From: Deltaproteobacteria bacterium
GTDB lineage: Bacteria; Myxococcota; UBA727; VGSZ01
Assembly (NCBI GenBank): GCA_020850995.1
Contig: JADZDP010000016.1
Coordinates: forward strand, 420 to 64,419
Length of the DNA stretch: 64,000 nucleotides
Direction of reading: 5' to 3'
Made by a program: the position numbers and the translations under genes
Shown here: positions 53,760 to 63,999 of the stretch, in pieces
Position numbering within the stretch: the first letter of the stretch is position 1
How the letters are laid out: every line of letters begins with the position of its first letter
Notes under the pieces: generated by a model
What the model was told of the DNA's origin: nothing
The model's input: the letters and a program-made list of their open reading frames with translations, nothing else
The model's database searches: none

Positions 53760-55553
53760 TCAGGGCGCTCCCGGGGGCGTCGTCAGCGCCGCCTCGCGCG
53801 CTTGCAGGCGCGTGTCGTTGGGGAACTGCTTGCGGGCGCTCGCCAGCGCGATGCGCGCTCGCTCGGGCTCCATGCGCGCGAGCAGCACGTCGGCCAACAA
53901 GAGCGCTACGTCGGCGTCATCGGGCTTGGCGGCGCGGGCCTCGGCGGCGGCCGCGAGCGCGACGTCGAGATCGCCGGTGCCGTCGTAGGCGAAGGCCTCG
54001 AGCTCGAGCTGCGCGCGCGCCACTGGCACGCGCCCCTCCCAGCCGCGCTCGTTTGCCATGGCCTCGCGCGCAGCGTCGAAGGCACGGCGCGCTGCCAGCA
54101 GGTCGCCGGCCGCCTGGTGCGCGAGCGCGAGATCGAGCTGCGCCTTCACCGAGGTCGGGCGGTTGAGTGCGGCGTTGGCGGCGTCGCGCTGAGTCTTGCG
54201 CTCGACCAGGCGCACGCGCGCGCGCACCTCCTCGAGCAGCTCCTTGGAGCGGGCGGTGGCGCTGGTGCGGTGCGCCAGCACGAAGGCGCACTCGGTGTCG
54301 CCGCGCACGAACACCCACGCGCGCGCCTCGAAGGGCCCGTCGGAGGCAATGAACGAGAACGCCACGCGGCGCGCCGGCACGGTGCCGGGCGCCGTGCCGA
54401 CGACGTCGGACAGGGGGGCGCCCACGGTGAGGTTGCTGATATGGCCGGCGCGGGCCAGGCTGGTCAGCTCACGGTCGACGAACCCCGCGGCGGCGTCGTC
54501 GAGGCGCACGCGCCGCGCGCCGCGATCGCAGGCGATGGAGGCGAGCGCGTCGACGCCGTTGCCAAAGGCGATGAAGCCGAGCGGGTCGGGCCCCTTGGTC
54601 CAGGTCGAGGGGCGCTCGATGACGATGCCGAAGGAGTCGAGGCGGTAGGGGCGGAACGACAGCAACAGCCTCGGCAGCAAGGGCCCCAGCGCGACCAGCG
54701 CGACCACAACAACGGTGCACGCGATCCACGGTCGCATGGCCACGGCGCGGGGCTCGGTGGCGTCGCGCAGGCGCATGAGGCGCGGCACCAGCACGCCCCC
54801 CATGACGAGCCCGGCGAGCAGCCCGCCGCCGTGGCCCCAGTTGTCGGTCGTGGCCCGCTGCAAACCCAGGTAGAACATGGTGGCCGCGTAGCCCACCACG
54901 ACGACGCCGAAGTAGATGCGGTAGCGCGTGGGCAAGAGATCGGAGAAGCGCAGGCCAAACACCACGCCCGCGCCCAAGCACGCGAAGACCATGCCCGACG
55001 CGCCCACGGTCACGGGCCCCGACGCGAAGGTCGACACCACCATCGTCGAGACGCCGCCCACGACGAGCAGGAGCAGGTAGTCGCCCCGCCGATACACGCC
55101 CTCGAGCACGGCGCCGATGTTGAGCAACGCGAACAGGTTGAAGGCCAGGTGCGTGACGTCGCGGTGCAAGAGGTTGGCAACGAGCAGCCGCCAGAGCTCA
55201 CCTTCGTCGACGATGCGCGCGCGCGCCTTGGCGCCGAGCTCGAGCAAGGCCTCGCGCGTCACCACGCCGTCGCCGCTGTGGCGCGCCCACAGGAAGAGCG
55301 CGATGCACACGAGCGCGACCACCCCCGTGAGCACGGGATAACGGCCGAGGTGGAAGTGCCGCCGGAACAGGATGCGGCGAGGATCGTAGAGCGCCGCGAA
55401 CAAGGGAAGCTCGCGCGCCTGCACGAAGCGCTCGCCGGTCAGCGCGGGAATGCACACGTCGGCGAAGGGCGACAGCTCCCCGCGGCGGGCGCGCCGCTCG
55501 AATTCGTCGATGGTCAGGATCGACTCCTGATCGCCCTCGCGGATCCGGATCAC
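53760..55553 (-). CDS. Rhomboid intramembrane serine protease with N-terminal GYF-like and C-terminal TPR-like domains
   Basis: ELWRLL, HLAFN, GASG (catalytic Ser), NWGHGGG (catalytic His); helical repeats at the C-terminus. Confidence 0.9.
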   Translation of the reverse strand: MIRIREGDQESILTIDEFERRARRGELSPFADVCIPALTGERFVQARELPLFAALYDPRRILFRRHFHLGRYPVLTGVVALVCIALFLWARHSGDGVVTREALLELGAKARARIVDEGELWRLLVANLLHRDVTHLAFNLFALLNIGAVLEGVYRRGDYLLLLVVGGVSTMVVSTFASGPVTVGASGMVFACLGAGVVFGLRFSDLLPTRYRIYFGVVVVGYAATMFYLGLQRATTDNWGHGGGLLAGLVMGGVLVPRLMRLRDATEPRAVAMRPWIACTVVVVALVALGPLLPRLLLSFRPYRLDSFGIVIERPSTWTKGPDPLGFIAFGNGVDALASIACDRGARRVRLDDAAAGFVDRELTSLARAGHISNLTVGAPLSDVVGTAPGTVPARRVAFSFIASDGPFEARAWVFVRGDTECAFVLAHRTSATARSKELLEEVRARVRLVERKTQRDAANAALNRPTSVKAQLDLALAHQAAGDLLAARRAFDAAREAMANERGWEGRVPVARAQLELEAFAYDGTGDLDVALAAAAEARAAKPDDADVALLLADVLLARMEPERARIALASARKQFPNDTRLQAREAALTTPPGAP

Positions 55554-55674
55554 CAGGTCGACCTTAGGGGCCGCGAATGACTACGTCGATGCCCCCGCGG
55601 CCGACGTGCACATTCGCGGCCCTTTCGAGGGCCCTTACCTTTCCGCACGGCGCGGCGGGTGCTACCGACAGCCA

Positions 55675-57894
55675 ATGGGTCGCAAGCTCGCCCGCACCAA
55701 CCTCCCCGTGGAGCGGGGTGCGTTCGTGGGGCGCGTCAAGCTGCTGGAGGAGATCGGGCGCCACCTCGACGGGGGCCAGCGCCTGGTCACGATCACGGGC
55801 CCCGAGGGCATCGGCAAGACGCGCCTCGGCTTGCGCGCCGCCGCGCTCGAGCTGTCGCGCTGCGGTCAGCACGGCGGCGTGTGGCTCGTCGACGTGCGCG
55901 GGTGCCACTCCGCGCTCGACGTGGTGCACGCGATGCTGCTGGCGCTCGGCATGCTGCCTGAGCCGGGGGCGGGCATCGGCGTCGAGCTGTCGCGCCTGAC
56001 CGACGCGGTGACGCGCGGCGGGCCGACGCTCTATCTGGTCGACGGCGCCGACCGCTGCCGCAGCGAGGTCGCGTTCGTGGTGGGGCAGCTCGTGCCGGCG
56101 ATCGTCGAATGCTCGTTCACCGTCACCTCCGCCAAGGCGCTGGGCATCCCCGGCGAGGTCGAGGTCAAGGTGGGCCCGCTCAAGCTCGCCAAGCAAGGCG
56201 GCGAGGCCAAGCACATCGCCGCCGCCGAGGCGGTGGCGCTGTTCGTCGAGCGCGCGGCCGAGGCACGTCGCGGCTTCGCGCCCACGCCGGCCGACCTGGT
56301 GGCGTGCGCGCAGATCGTGCGTCACCTCGACGGTGTGCCGCTGGCAATCGAGATCGCTGCTGCGCGCACCCGCGCGCTCGCGCCGCGGGAGCTCGTCGAG
56401 CGCCTGCCGCGCAAGGTGACGCTCCTCGAGGGTGAGCGGCGCTCGGCGCTGGCCGGCGCGGTGGCCTGGTCCATGGACCTGCTGGCGACGTGGGAGCGGG
56501 CTGCGCTGGCGCAGTGCGCGGTCTTCAGCGGCGGCTTCGACGTCGCCGCCGCAACCAACGTGCTCGACCTCACGGCCTTCGCCGACGCCCCCGCGGTGCC
56601 CGTGGCGCTCGAGTCGCTGCTCGAGAAGGCGCTCGTGCGCGTGGTGGAACCGCCGCGTGGCAGTGGCCGCTGGCCCGACGACGAGGTGCCGCTCGATGAG
56701 CGCCGCCTCGACCTGCCGAACGCCGTGCGCGAGGCCGCCGAGGGCCGCCTCGATGCGGGCGTGGCGCGCGAGGCCCTGCAGAACCGCCACGCCGCGCACT
56801 ACCTCACGCTCGGCAGCGCGTTGGCCGAGGGCGTCGATGGGCACGGCGGCATCACCATGCGTCACCAGCTCGAGGACGACGCCGAAAACCTGGTGGCGGT
56901 GGCGCGCCGCGCGCTGGCCGCCGAGACCCAGACGCTGACGTCGATCACCAGCGCGCTGCGCGCGACCTTGGCGCTCGAGCCGGTGTTGACCATGCGCGGT
57001 CCGCATGAGCTGTTCATCGAGCTGCTCGATCGCGCGCTCGCCCCCGCCGACGTCGTGGGCGTGCCGTATGCGTTGCGAGCGCGCGCCTACGAGGCGCGGG
57101 CACGCGCGCGCCGCGCGCGCCACGAGCTGTCCGCCTCCCACGGCGATCTGGTGGCCGCGCTCACCTGCGCGCGGCGGGCCAAGGATCGCCTGCTCGAGGC
57201 GCGCGCCATCGCCAACCTCGGCACGCATTGGCTCTTGGTGGGGCGCACCGACAAGGCCGCCGCCGACTACGAGGCCGCGACCGAGATCCTCGACGAAGTG
57301 GGCGATCGCAAGGTCACCGGACGCGCTCTCGGCTTCTATGGCCTGCTCGACCACCACCGCGGCGACCTGCCCAGCGCCATTCGCCGCTACACCGACGCCA
57401 TCCGCGCCCACCGCGACGTAGGCGACCGTCGATGGGAGGGCATCCACAGCGGTCAGCTCGGCGCGGCCTATCTCGAGCTCGACCAGCTCATCGATGCGCG
57501 CCAGTGCCTCAAGCGCGCCATGGCCATCCACCGTGAGCTGCAGAACCGCCGGCACGAGGGCATCGTGTGGAGCTGGCAAGGCGACCTGCACGTCGCCGAA
57601 GGCGAATTCGACGATGCGCGTGTGAGTTGGGAGCGCGCCCTGCAACTGCATCGCCAGGTGGGCGACCCGCGCAGCGAGGCGCTGGCGTTGGCTCGTTTGG
57701 CGGCGCTCGCGCGACGCAACCGCGCGCGCGCCAGCGGGGAAGAGCTGTTCCTGCGCGCGCGTGAGCTGGTGGATCGCTTGGGCGACGACGAGCTCAAGGA
57801 CGCGTTGGTGGTGTTGGAGCGCGGCGCCGTGCCTCCGTCGGACGCGCGCGAGGCCGCGCGCGCCGCGGGCCGCGTCGTGCGCGCGCTAGTGTGA
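55675..57894 (+). CDS. NB-ARC/AfsR-type ATPase with TPR repeats and no N-terminal output domain
   Basis: TNLP....FVGR, Walker A GPEGIGKTR, LDGVPLAIEIAAAR, WSMDLL, VFSGGF, TPR C-terminus. Confidence 0.9.
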   Translation: MGRKLARTNLPVERGAFVGRVKLLEEIGRHLDGGQRLVTITGPEGIGKTRLGLRAAALELSRCGQHGGVWLVDVRGCHSALDVVHAMLLALGMLPEPGAGIGVELSRLTDAVTRGGPTLYLVDGADRCRSEVAFVVGQLVPAIVECSFTVTSAKALGIPGEVEVKVGPLKLAKQGGEAKHIAAAEAVALFVERAAEARRGFAPTPADLVACAQIVRHLDGVPLAIEIAAARTRALAPRELVERLPRKVTLLEGERRSALAGAVAWSMDLLATWERAALAQCAVFSGGFDVAAATNVLDLTAFADAPAVPVALESLLEKALVRVVEPPRGSGRWPDDEVPLDERRLDLPNAVREAAEGRLDAGVAREALQNRHAAHYLTLGSALAEGVDGHGGITMRHQLEDDAENLVAVARRALAAETQTLTSITSALRATLALEPVLTMRGPHELFIELLDRALAPADVVGVPYALRARAYEARARARRARHELSASHGDLVAALTCARRAKDRLLEARAIANLGTHWLLVGRTDKAAADYEAATEILDEVGDRKVTGRALGFYGLLDHHRGDLPSAIRRYTDAIRAHRDVGDRRWEGIHSGQLGAAYLELDQLIDARQCLKRAMAIHRELQNRRHEGIVWSWQGDLHVAEGEFDDARVSWERALQLHRQVGDPRSEALALARLAALARRNRARASGEELFLRARELVDRLGDDELKDALVVLERGAVPPSDAREAARAAGRVVRALV

Positions 57895-58290
57895 GCGCTC
57901 GCGCGGCGGTGGCGCGAACACGTGCCGCAGCGCCTCGAAGTCGGTCACGCGCCCGAGCTCGTCGAGGTGGACGCCCTCGGCCGCCAGGCGCAGCTCCTGC
58001 TCCGAGCCGCGACCGACCTCGCCGCGGTAGCTGATCCGGCCCTGGCCGTTGATGACGCGATGCCAGGGCACCGGTGGCTGCACTGCGAGATCGAGCGCGG
58101 CGAGCGCGTAGCCGACCTGGCGCGCCACGCGACGACTGCCGAGCGCGCCGGCCACGTCGCCGTAGGTGGTGATGCGGCCGGGGGGCACCTCGCGCACCTT
58201 GGCATAGACCCGTGCGTTGAAGCCGGGGCCAATGACGCGCTCCTCGCCGGTGACGGGGCGTCGCGGCGCTGGCGATCTTCGTGTGGCCAC
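57886..58290 (-). CDS. Alkyltransferase-like (ATL, YbaZ/Atl1-type) MGMT family protein
   Basis: VPPGRITTYGDVA, ARQVG, PWHRV (Trp replaces the catalytic Cys). Start uncertain. Confidence 0.88.
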   Translation of the reverse strand: MATRRSPAPRRPVTGEERVIGPGFNARVYAKVREVPPGRITTYGDVAGALGSRRVARQVGYALAALDLAVQPPVPWHRVINGQGRISYRGEVGRGSEQELRLAAEGVHLDELGRVTDFEALRHVFAPPPRERSH

Positions 58291-58333
58291 GCCCCGTGAT
58301 TGACCAACCGAGCGCCGATCGGCAAGAGGCACC

Positions 58334-58972
58334 ATGGCGACGCGTCGGCGCGGCCAGCGCACCCAGGCGGAACGCACTGCGACCATGCGCGCGCGCGTGC
58401 TCAACGCCACGGTCGAGTGCCTCGTCGAGTACGGCTACGTGGGCACCACCACCACTGCGGTGGTGACGCGCGCGGGCGTTTCGCGCGGCGCGGTGCTGCA
58501 CCACTTCCCCACCAAGCAAGATCTGGTGACCAGCGCGGTCGAGTACGTCATCGACCAGCGCACGGCGGCGTTCGTGCAGCGCTTCGCGTCCAGCCTGCCA
58601 CCGCGGCGCGACGAGCGTTTCGTCGACGCGTTGATGCAGGCGCTGTGGACCGAGGTGAAGGGGCCCATGTTCTACGCCTGGCTCGAGCTCCTGGTGGCGT
58701 CGCGCACCCACCCCGAGCTGCGCGCCAGGGTCGAGCGCATCGCCGAGCGCTGGACCGAGGCCACCGACCAGGGTTTTCGCCAGATCTTCGGCCTGCCGCG
58801 CGAGGCCGGCCGACACCCGCACGCGCTGGCGCCGCTGTTCACCTTCATGGTGCTCAATGGCCTCGCGCTCGAGCAGATCGCGCGCCCCAACGCCGCCGAC
58901 GTCGAGAAGCGCGTGCTCCGTGCGCTCAAGACCATGGCGCCCTTGGCAACCATGCCGAAGTTGCCCGACTGA
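58334..58972 (+). CDS. TetR/AcrR family transcriptional regulator
   Basis: TTTTAVVTRAGVSRGAVLHHFPTKQDL helix-turn-helix. Confidence 0.93.
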   Translation: MATRRRGQRTQAERTATMRARVLNATVECLVEYGYVGTTTTAVVTRAGVSRGAVLHHFPTKQDLVTSAVEYVIDQRTAAFVQRFASSLPPRRDERFVDALMQALWTEVKGPMFYAWLELLVASRTHPELRARVERIAERWTEATDQGFRQIFGLPREAGRHPHALAPLFTFMVLNGLALEQIARPNAADVEKRVLRALKTMAPLATMPKLPD

Positions 58973-59113
58973 GGTGCAGGCTCCGATGCGTCCCATGGAC
59001 CCCGACCGCCTCCTCTCGGGCGCTGCGCCAGGGCGCCGGCACCGCGCCGAAGCTCGCCCGATCGGTCGAGCTGGAATGTTCCCCCGGCGATCCCGCCGGA
59101 CTACCATCGTGCC

Positions 59114-61393
59114 GTGTCGGTGAACCTGCCGCTCCTCGAGGACAGCGGGGCTGTGGTCTTTGACTCGGCCGACGCCGTTGAAAGCTCATGGTCGACGTAC
59201 CTCTCGAAGGGCGCGCTGGCCGTGAAGCCTGGGCGCGAGCTCAAGCCGCTCGAACAGATCGAGGTGTTCCTGTTTGGCGGCGGCCTCAGCGCGCCGGTAC
59301 GTCTCAAGGTCGAGGTGGTGGTGCTCACACCAGAGCGCGCGCTGCTCCGGCTCCTCGAGCCGGCACCGCCCCTGCCGACCTTGGCCCGCCCGGCGCCTGC
59401 TCCAGAGGCGGTGGAGCCGGGGCCGGCCGACGTGCCCCGCACCGACGAGAAGGTGCGCGTGCCGCTGTCCGCCAGCGACCAGGGCGTGGTCGCCGTGCTC
59501 GAGCAACCGGTGGCGCCGTTGGTGTTGGCAGCGCCCCCCGTCGACGACGCCGTGATGCCCGCGCCCACGCTCCGCGCCGACGAGCTGCCGCGCACGGCCA
59601 CGCCTTTCATGGCGGTGCCGGCGCCGGTGCTCCCGCCCGCCGCGCCTCCAACCTCGGTGCTCTCGCCCGGGCCACCGAGCATCGAGCTCGAGCGCGTCGA
59701 CCCTCCCGCGCGGGTGCTACCGGCGGTCACTGGCGAGGTGGAGCCGGCGCCTGTGCTGCTCGAGGCACTTGCGGAGGCGGCGCCGCCGCCCCCGAGCGCC
59801 GCGGTGCCCTCACCGGGGCAAGCAGCGCCTATCGCGCCTGAGTCGCGCGCCGCGCCACCGGCGGCGAAGGCCCCCGCACCGCCACCGCCCCCGCCCTCGC
59901 CCCCGCCCGCGACCGACGCCGTGGCTGCGCTGCCGCCGTTCTTCTCGGGCGACGCGCTGCGCTTCAACACCGCCGCCGACTTCGCGGCCGGCCGCCCCCA
60001 CCTCGAGAGCGTGGGTGCGATCCTCGCGGTCGCCGACGGCCGCCTGCCGACCGCTTCGGTTGAGGTGCGCCTGGCCGTCGGCAGCAAGGAGACCAGCGCC
60101 AAGGCGCGCGTGACGCTGGCCGCTGCGGCGCCGGGCACCGCCGTGGTGCAAGCAGCGGAGCGCAGCGGCTTTCTGCGCCTGCTCGCCGAGCTCGACGGTA
60201 CTGGCTCACAGCAGCGAGTGCCCGTGCCGTCGCAAACCACGGCGATCCCCGCGACCTTTGCCGCGCCGGCCCCTGCCGCCGACGCCCCCGCGCCGCGCGC
60301 CTTCACGCTGCCGCGCCAAGGAGCACTCGAGAACCCAAGTACGGCACAGGCCATCTTGGCGCTGCCGCTGGTACGGCCGCCCACCGACGCCGAGATTGCC
60401 AAGCCCTCGGTGCCGCTGCTCTTGCGCTGGCTGCGCACCACCCGCGGTGTCCTGCGCCTCGAGGTGACCGCGCCCGATCATCCGCTGTTCACCGCCATCA
60501 TCGTCGACGGTCGCGAGGTGCGCACCGCCGCCGCGCTGGCCACGCTTGGGCGCTCGCTGGCGCAGCCGCGGATGACCTACGCCATCACCGAGCTCGGACG
60601 CCCGCCGCAGATGACCACGGTGGGTCGCACGCTGCATTTGATCGCCGAGAGCGTGCGTGGCCTCTTGATCGGCATCGAGGCCGACGACCTGGCGCGCGCC
60701 TTCCCCAATCGCAACGGCATGTGCGTGCGCGCCCGCGCCGATATCGTGCAGAGTCTCGGGCTGCCGCCGCAGCACCAGCGCTTCATCAAGAGCGACCTCG
60801 GCGGCGACCAGCTGCTCGAAGAGGCGTCGCGCGCGGCCGTGGGGGCCCGCACCGTCTGGGAGACCATGTACTTGCTCGAGCTCTACGGTGGACTGTCGTG
60901 GGACGCCCCCGACCCCGACAAGGCGAAGAAGGCGGCGTCGCGCACCGGCACCTTCCGCTTCACCGCGCCCGACCTCAGCGCGGTCGACGACGCGTGGGCG
61001 CCCTTCGACGACAAGGACCACTTCTCGGTGCTCGGCTTGCACTGGTCGTCGAGCCCCGACCACGTGGCCGAGGCGTACAACAAGCTGCGCGCCGAGTACG
61101 GACCCGGTGGCCACAAGCGCCCCGCCAACCTGGCCACCGCCGAGCGCATCCTCAAGCGCCTGGAGGAAGCGTATCGCGTGCTCAACGATCGCGCGGCGCG
61201 GCAGAGCTATCGGCGCGAGAAGTTCAACCTGGTGTGGCCGCACCAGGCGCAGCTGTTGGTGCAGAAGGCCAAGATCGCGCTCTACCGTAAGGACTTCGGC
61301 GAGGCGAAGGACATCCTGTTGGCGGCCGAGGACATCTCGTCCACCGACGAGGCGCGGGCGCTCTTGGCGTCGATCAAGAGCAAGCTGGTCTGA
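59114..61393 (+). CDS. Multidomain protein: two PilZ-like beta domains, Pro-rich linkers, J-like domain lacking HPD, TPR-like tail
   Basis: DHFSVLGL....V.EAYNKLRAEYGP is a J-like fold with YGP in place of HPD. Two similar N-terminal domains; Pro-rich linker. Confidence 0.7.
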   Translation: MSVNLPLLEDSGAVVFDSADAVESSWSTYLSKGALAVKPGRELKPLEQIEVFLFGGGLSAPVRLKVEVVVLTPERALLRLLEPAPPLPTLARPAPAPEAVEPGPADVPRTDEKVRVPLSASDQGVVAVLEQPVAPLVLAAPPVDDAVMPAPTLRADELPRTATPFMAVPAPVLPPAAPPTSVLSPGPPSIELERVDPPARVLPAVTGEVEPAPVLLEALAEAAPPPPSAAVPSPGQAAPIAPESRAAPPAAKAPAPPPPPPSPPPATDAVAALPPFFSGDALRFNTAADFAAGRPHLESVGAILAVADGRLPTASVEVRLAVGSKETSAKARVTLAAAAPGTAVVQAAERSGFLRLLAELDGTGSQQRVPVPSQTTAIPATFAAPAPAADAPAPRAFTLPRQGALENPSTAQAILALPLVRPPTDAEIAKPSVPLLLRWLRTTRGVLRLEVTAPDHPLFTAIIVDGREVRTAAALATLGRSLAQPRMTYAITELGRPPQMTTVGRTLHLIAESVRGLLIGIEADDLARAFPNRNGMCVRARADIVQSLGLPPQHQRFIKSDLGGDQLLEEASRAAVGARTVWETMYLLELYGGLSWDAPDPDKAKKAASRTGTFRFTAPDLSAVDDAWAPFDDKDHFSVLGLHWSSSPDHVAEAYNKLRAEYGPGGHKRPANLATAERILKRLEEAYRVLNDRAARQSYRREKFNLVWPHQAQLLVQKAKIALYRKDFGEAKDILLAAEDISSTDEARALLASIKSKLV

Positions 61394-61432
61394 CGCGCGC
61401 ATGCACCTCGTCGGGCGCGCGGCCGTGGCTGC

Positions 61433-62494
61433 TCAGGGCAGCAGCGCGTCGAGGTCCTCGAGCAGCTCCTTGCCCTGCGTCTCCGAGACCTCGAACAGCC
61501 AGCTGTCGAGCTTGACGAGGTGCCCCGCGGCGTCGATGCGCTCCACCAGCTCCACCGTGGTGCGCGCACCGCCCTCGAGCTCGACGGCGATGGTCGCGAC
61601 CACGCTGCCGGCGCCCTGCGGCCCAGGCGCCAGCTTGGTGGCGCGCAGGTCGCGCAGCGTCTTCATCACCGCGTCGGCGGGCTCGCTCTTGGTGCCGGCG
61701 TCGTCCTTGGGCGAGAAGTGGCGCGTGGTCGACTGCCCGCGATCGACGTGCACGAAGGCGCCGCCCTTGTCACCGTGGCGCGCGGTGTAGCCGAGGACGC
61801 GCTCGGGCTCGGCGACGAGCACGCGCTTCTCCATCAGCGTCTCGGGGCCACCCTCGAGGCCGGTCACCAACGCGGCGTCGACCAGGTGCACGGTGGGGTC
61901 GCCCTGCTTGCGCGCGTAGCGCCCTTGCCCGCCGTAGCTCGACTCGCCGATCTCCAGCGTGAGCTTGGCGCCGCCGGCGGTGGTGACGATCAACGTGCGC
62001 TCGGGGCGCTCGAGGCCCATCTCCTTGAGGCGCGCGGCGTCGACCTCGCCGAGGGTGCGGCGGGTGCGCAGCGGCTCGAGCGCCTCGATGGCGTTGAGCA
62101 CGGTCTTGCCGCCGGGGAACTTCACCTGCTCGCGCGTGGGCGCCGGCTCGGGCTCGGCCACGCCGGCGTCGGCGCTCGCGGGGCCCGCGTCGGCGGCGGC
62201 GTCCTTCTTGTCGGGCTTCTTGTCGTCCTTCTTCTTGGGGTCCTTCTTGGGTTCTACGGTGCGATCGACGTCGACGACGGCGCGGCGCGCCGCGGCGCCC
62301 TCGCTGGCGCTGACCGACGAGCGGCCCTTGGGCCAGGTGTACTCGAGCGTGCGTACCTCGCCCTTGCTGGCGTCCAGCAGGGTGACCGACGTGGGTCCGC
62401 CCTTCTTCTCTTCCACGCGGTGAGCGAGCAGCCACGCGCTCACCATGGCGGCGAGCGCGAACATCGTGTGCACAAGCAACGTGCGCGCGCTCAT
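61433..62494 (-). CDS. DUF4340 domain protein (Gld-type ABC accessory)
   Basis: LKEMGLERP, LEIGE, Y.R..G...V.LV motifs; ATGA overlap with the GldG-like gene. Confidence 0.8.
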   Translation of the reverse strand: MSARTLLVHTMFALAAMVSAWLLAHRVEEKKGGPTSVTLLDASKGEVRTLEYTWPKGRSSVSASEGAAARRAVVDVDRTVEPKKDPKKKDDKKPDKKDAAADAGPASADAGVAEPEPAPTREQVKFPGGKTVLNAIEALEPLRTRRTLGEVDAARLKEMGLERPERTLIVTTAGGAKLTLEIGESSYGGQGRYARKQGDPTVHLVDAALVTGLEGGPETLMEKRVLVAEPERVLGYTARHGDKGGAFVHVDRGQSTTRHFSPKDDAGTKSEPADAVMKTLRDLRATKLAPGPQGAGSVVATIAVELEGGARTTVELVERIDAAGHLVKLDSWLFEVSETQGKELLEDLDALLP

Positions 62495-63999
62495 GGCGCA
62501 CCTCCAGCGGGAGCCGCGGACGCCATCGGCTTGCGCTTCTTGCGCGTCGCCGTGACCACGCCGACGGCGATGAGGGCGAGCGGCACCAGGAAGACCGTGC
62601 CGTAGAACCAGAGCTTGTCTTGATCTCGCGTGTGCAGGATGCGCACGTCGCCTGCGGCGGGGGCGGCGCCGCCGGCGTTGTCGTCGTCACGCAAGAGCCA
62701 CACCAAGGCCTCGTAGGCGAACACCTGGTTGGCCTCGCTGTTGACGAGGAGGAAGTCGTCGAGCGCATCGGAGTCGCCCACCACCACCGCGCGCGCCTCT
62801 TTGCCGCCCGCCGCGTTGGGCACCTCGATGGCGGCCGCCAGCTCGAAGATGGCGCGCGTCTCGGCGCCCTCGGTGAAGGCGCGGTCGTCGTTGGCGTCCA
62901 CGAAGCTGGCGGCGGCGCTGCGCGCCAGCACCGCGATCTTGGCGTTGTCCTTCTGGCGCTTCTCCACGGTGGCCGCCTGCTTGAACAGGAGCGCGGCCTT
63001 GCCGCGCGCGCCCGACAGCGTCTTGACCGCCTTGTGGCTGCCAAACGACGTCGAGAACACGAAGGCATGATCGGCTGTGGTGTTGCTCTCGCGCACGTAG
63101 CTCTTGTCGTTCATCACCTCGTGTCCGCCCACCTGCACGCCCAAGGTGGCCAAGAGCGGCTCGAGCGACTCCGCGGTGGTGGGCACGCCGGCATCGCGCG
63201 TGCCCGGCGTGGGCGGATCGAGCAGCAGGAGCAGCGCCCCGCCGTTCGCGACGTAGGTCGACAACGCGGCGACCTCTTCTGGGAGCAACGGCGCCGTGGG
63301 CCCCACCATCACCACCAGCGCGGCGTCGGCGGGTACCTCGCGGCTGAGGCCATCGCCCACGCCGAGCTTCTTGACCTTGGCGTTGGTGCCCTCCACGAGC
63401 TTCTTGAGGCTCTTGGCGGCCACGCGCTGCCCGGGCTTGGCCGCGTCATCGAAGCTGCGCTCGCCGTGCCCCACGGTGAAGTACACGTTGACGGGATCCT
63501 TGCTGATCTTGGCCAGACGCGTGCGCAGCTCCTCGTCGATCTTGCCGAGCTTCTTGGTGGCGTCGTCGCGGTCCTCACCCACCAGCCAGGTCTCGGTGCG
63601 CTCGCCACAGCGCAGACCCACGGTGCCGTTCTTCGATACCTTCATCTTCTTGGACAGCGCAGGATCGATGGCGGCGTCTTGCACCACCACCGACGCGCCG
63701 CGCGCCTCGAGGGCGTCGAAGTAGTCGCGCACCTCGCCGAGCGCCGGGTTGCCGCGCTCGAAGAACAGGAACACCTCGGGCTTGCCGGTGGCATCGCCGC
63801 CACCCGGTGCGGGGCAGCGCGCGGCGTCGAACAGCGAGGTAGTGGCGCCCGAGGGCGTGGTGGGCGCCGCGAAGGAGAAATCGCGCCGCAGGTCGAGCTT
63901 CTCGACGGCGTAACACAAGGCGCCGAGGCCAGCGGTGGCCAGCACCAGGGTGGTCGCGGTGTTGACCGCCGCCACGACGCGGCGCAGGTCGATGAAGGC
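62491..63999 (-). CDS. GldG-family ABC-associated protein, 5'-truncated by the window edge
   Basis: VYFTVGHGE, LVVMVGPT, GGALLLLLDP, VVGDSD, C-terminal TM followed by RKKRK. The frame stays open to the edge. Confidence 0.88.
   Translation of the reverse strand, partial: AFIDLRRVVAAVNTATTLVLATAGLGALCYAVEKLDLRRDFSFAAPTTPSGATTSLFDAARCPAPGGGDATGKPEVFLFFERGNPALGEVRDYFDALEARGASVVVQDAAIDPALSKKMKVSKNGTVGLRCGERTETWLVGEDRDDATKKLGKIDEELRTRLAKISKDPVNVYFTVGHGERSFDDAAKPGQRVAAKSLKKLVEGTNAKVKKLGVGDGLSREVPADAALVVMVGPTAPLLPEEVAALSTYVANGGALLLLLDPPTPGTRDAGVPTTAESLEPLLATLGVQVGGHEVMNDKSYVRESNTTADHAFVFSTSFGSHKAVKTLSGARGKAALLFKQAATVEKRQKDNAKIAVLARSAAASFVDANDDRAFTEGAETRAIFELAAAIEVPNAAGGKEARAVVVGDSDALDDFLLVNSEANQVFAYEALVWLLRDDDNAGGAAPAAGDVRILHTRDQDKLWFYGTVFLVPLALIAVGVVTATRKKRKPMASAAPAGGAP

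Noticed and set aside
57886-58290. O6-methylguanine methyltransferase (ogt/ada)
   Set aside because: The active-site motif is PWHRV, not PCHRV, so this is a non-catalytic ATL protein.
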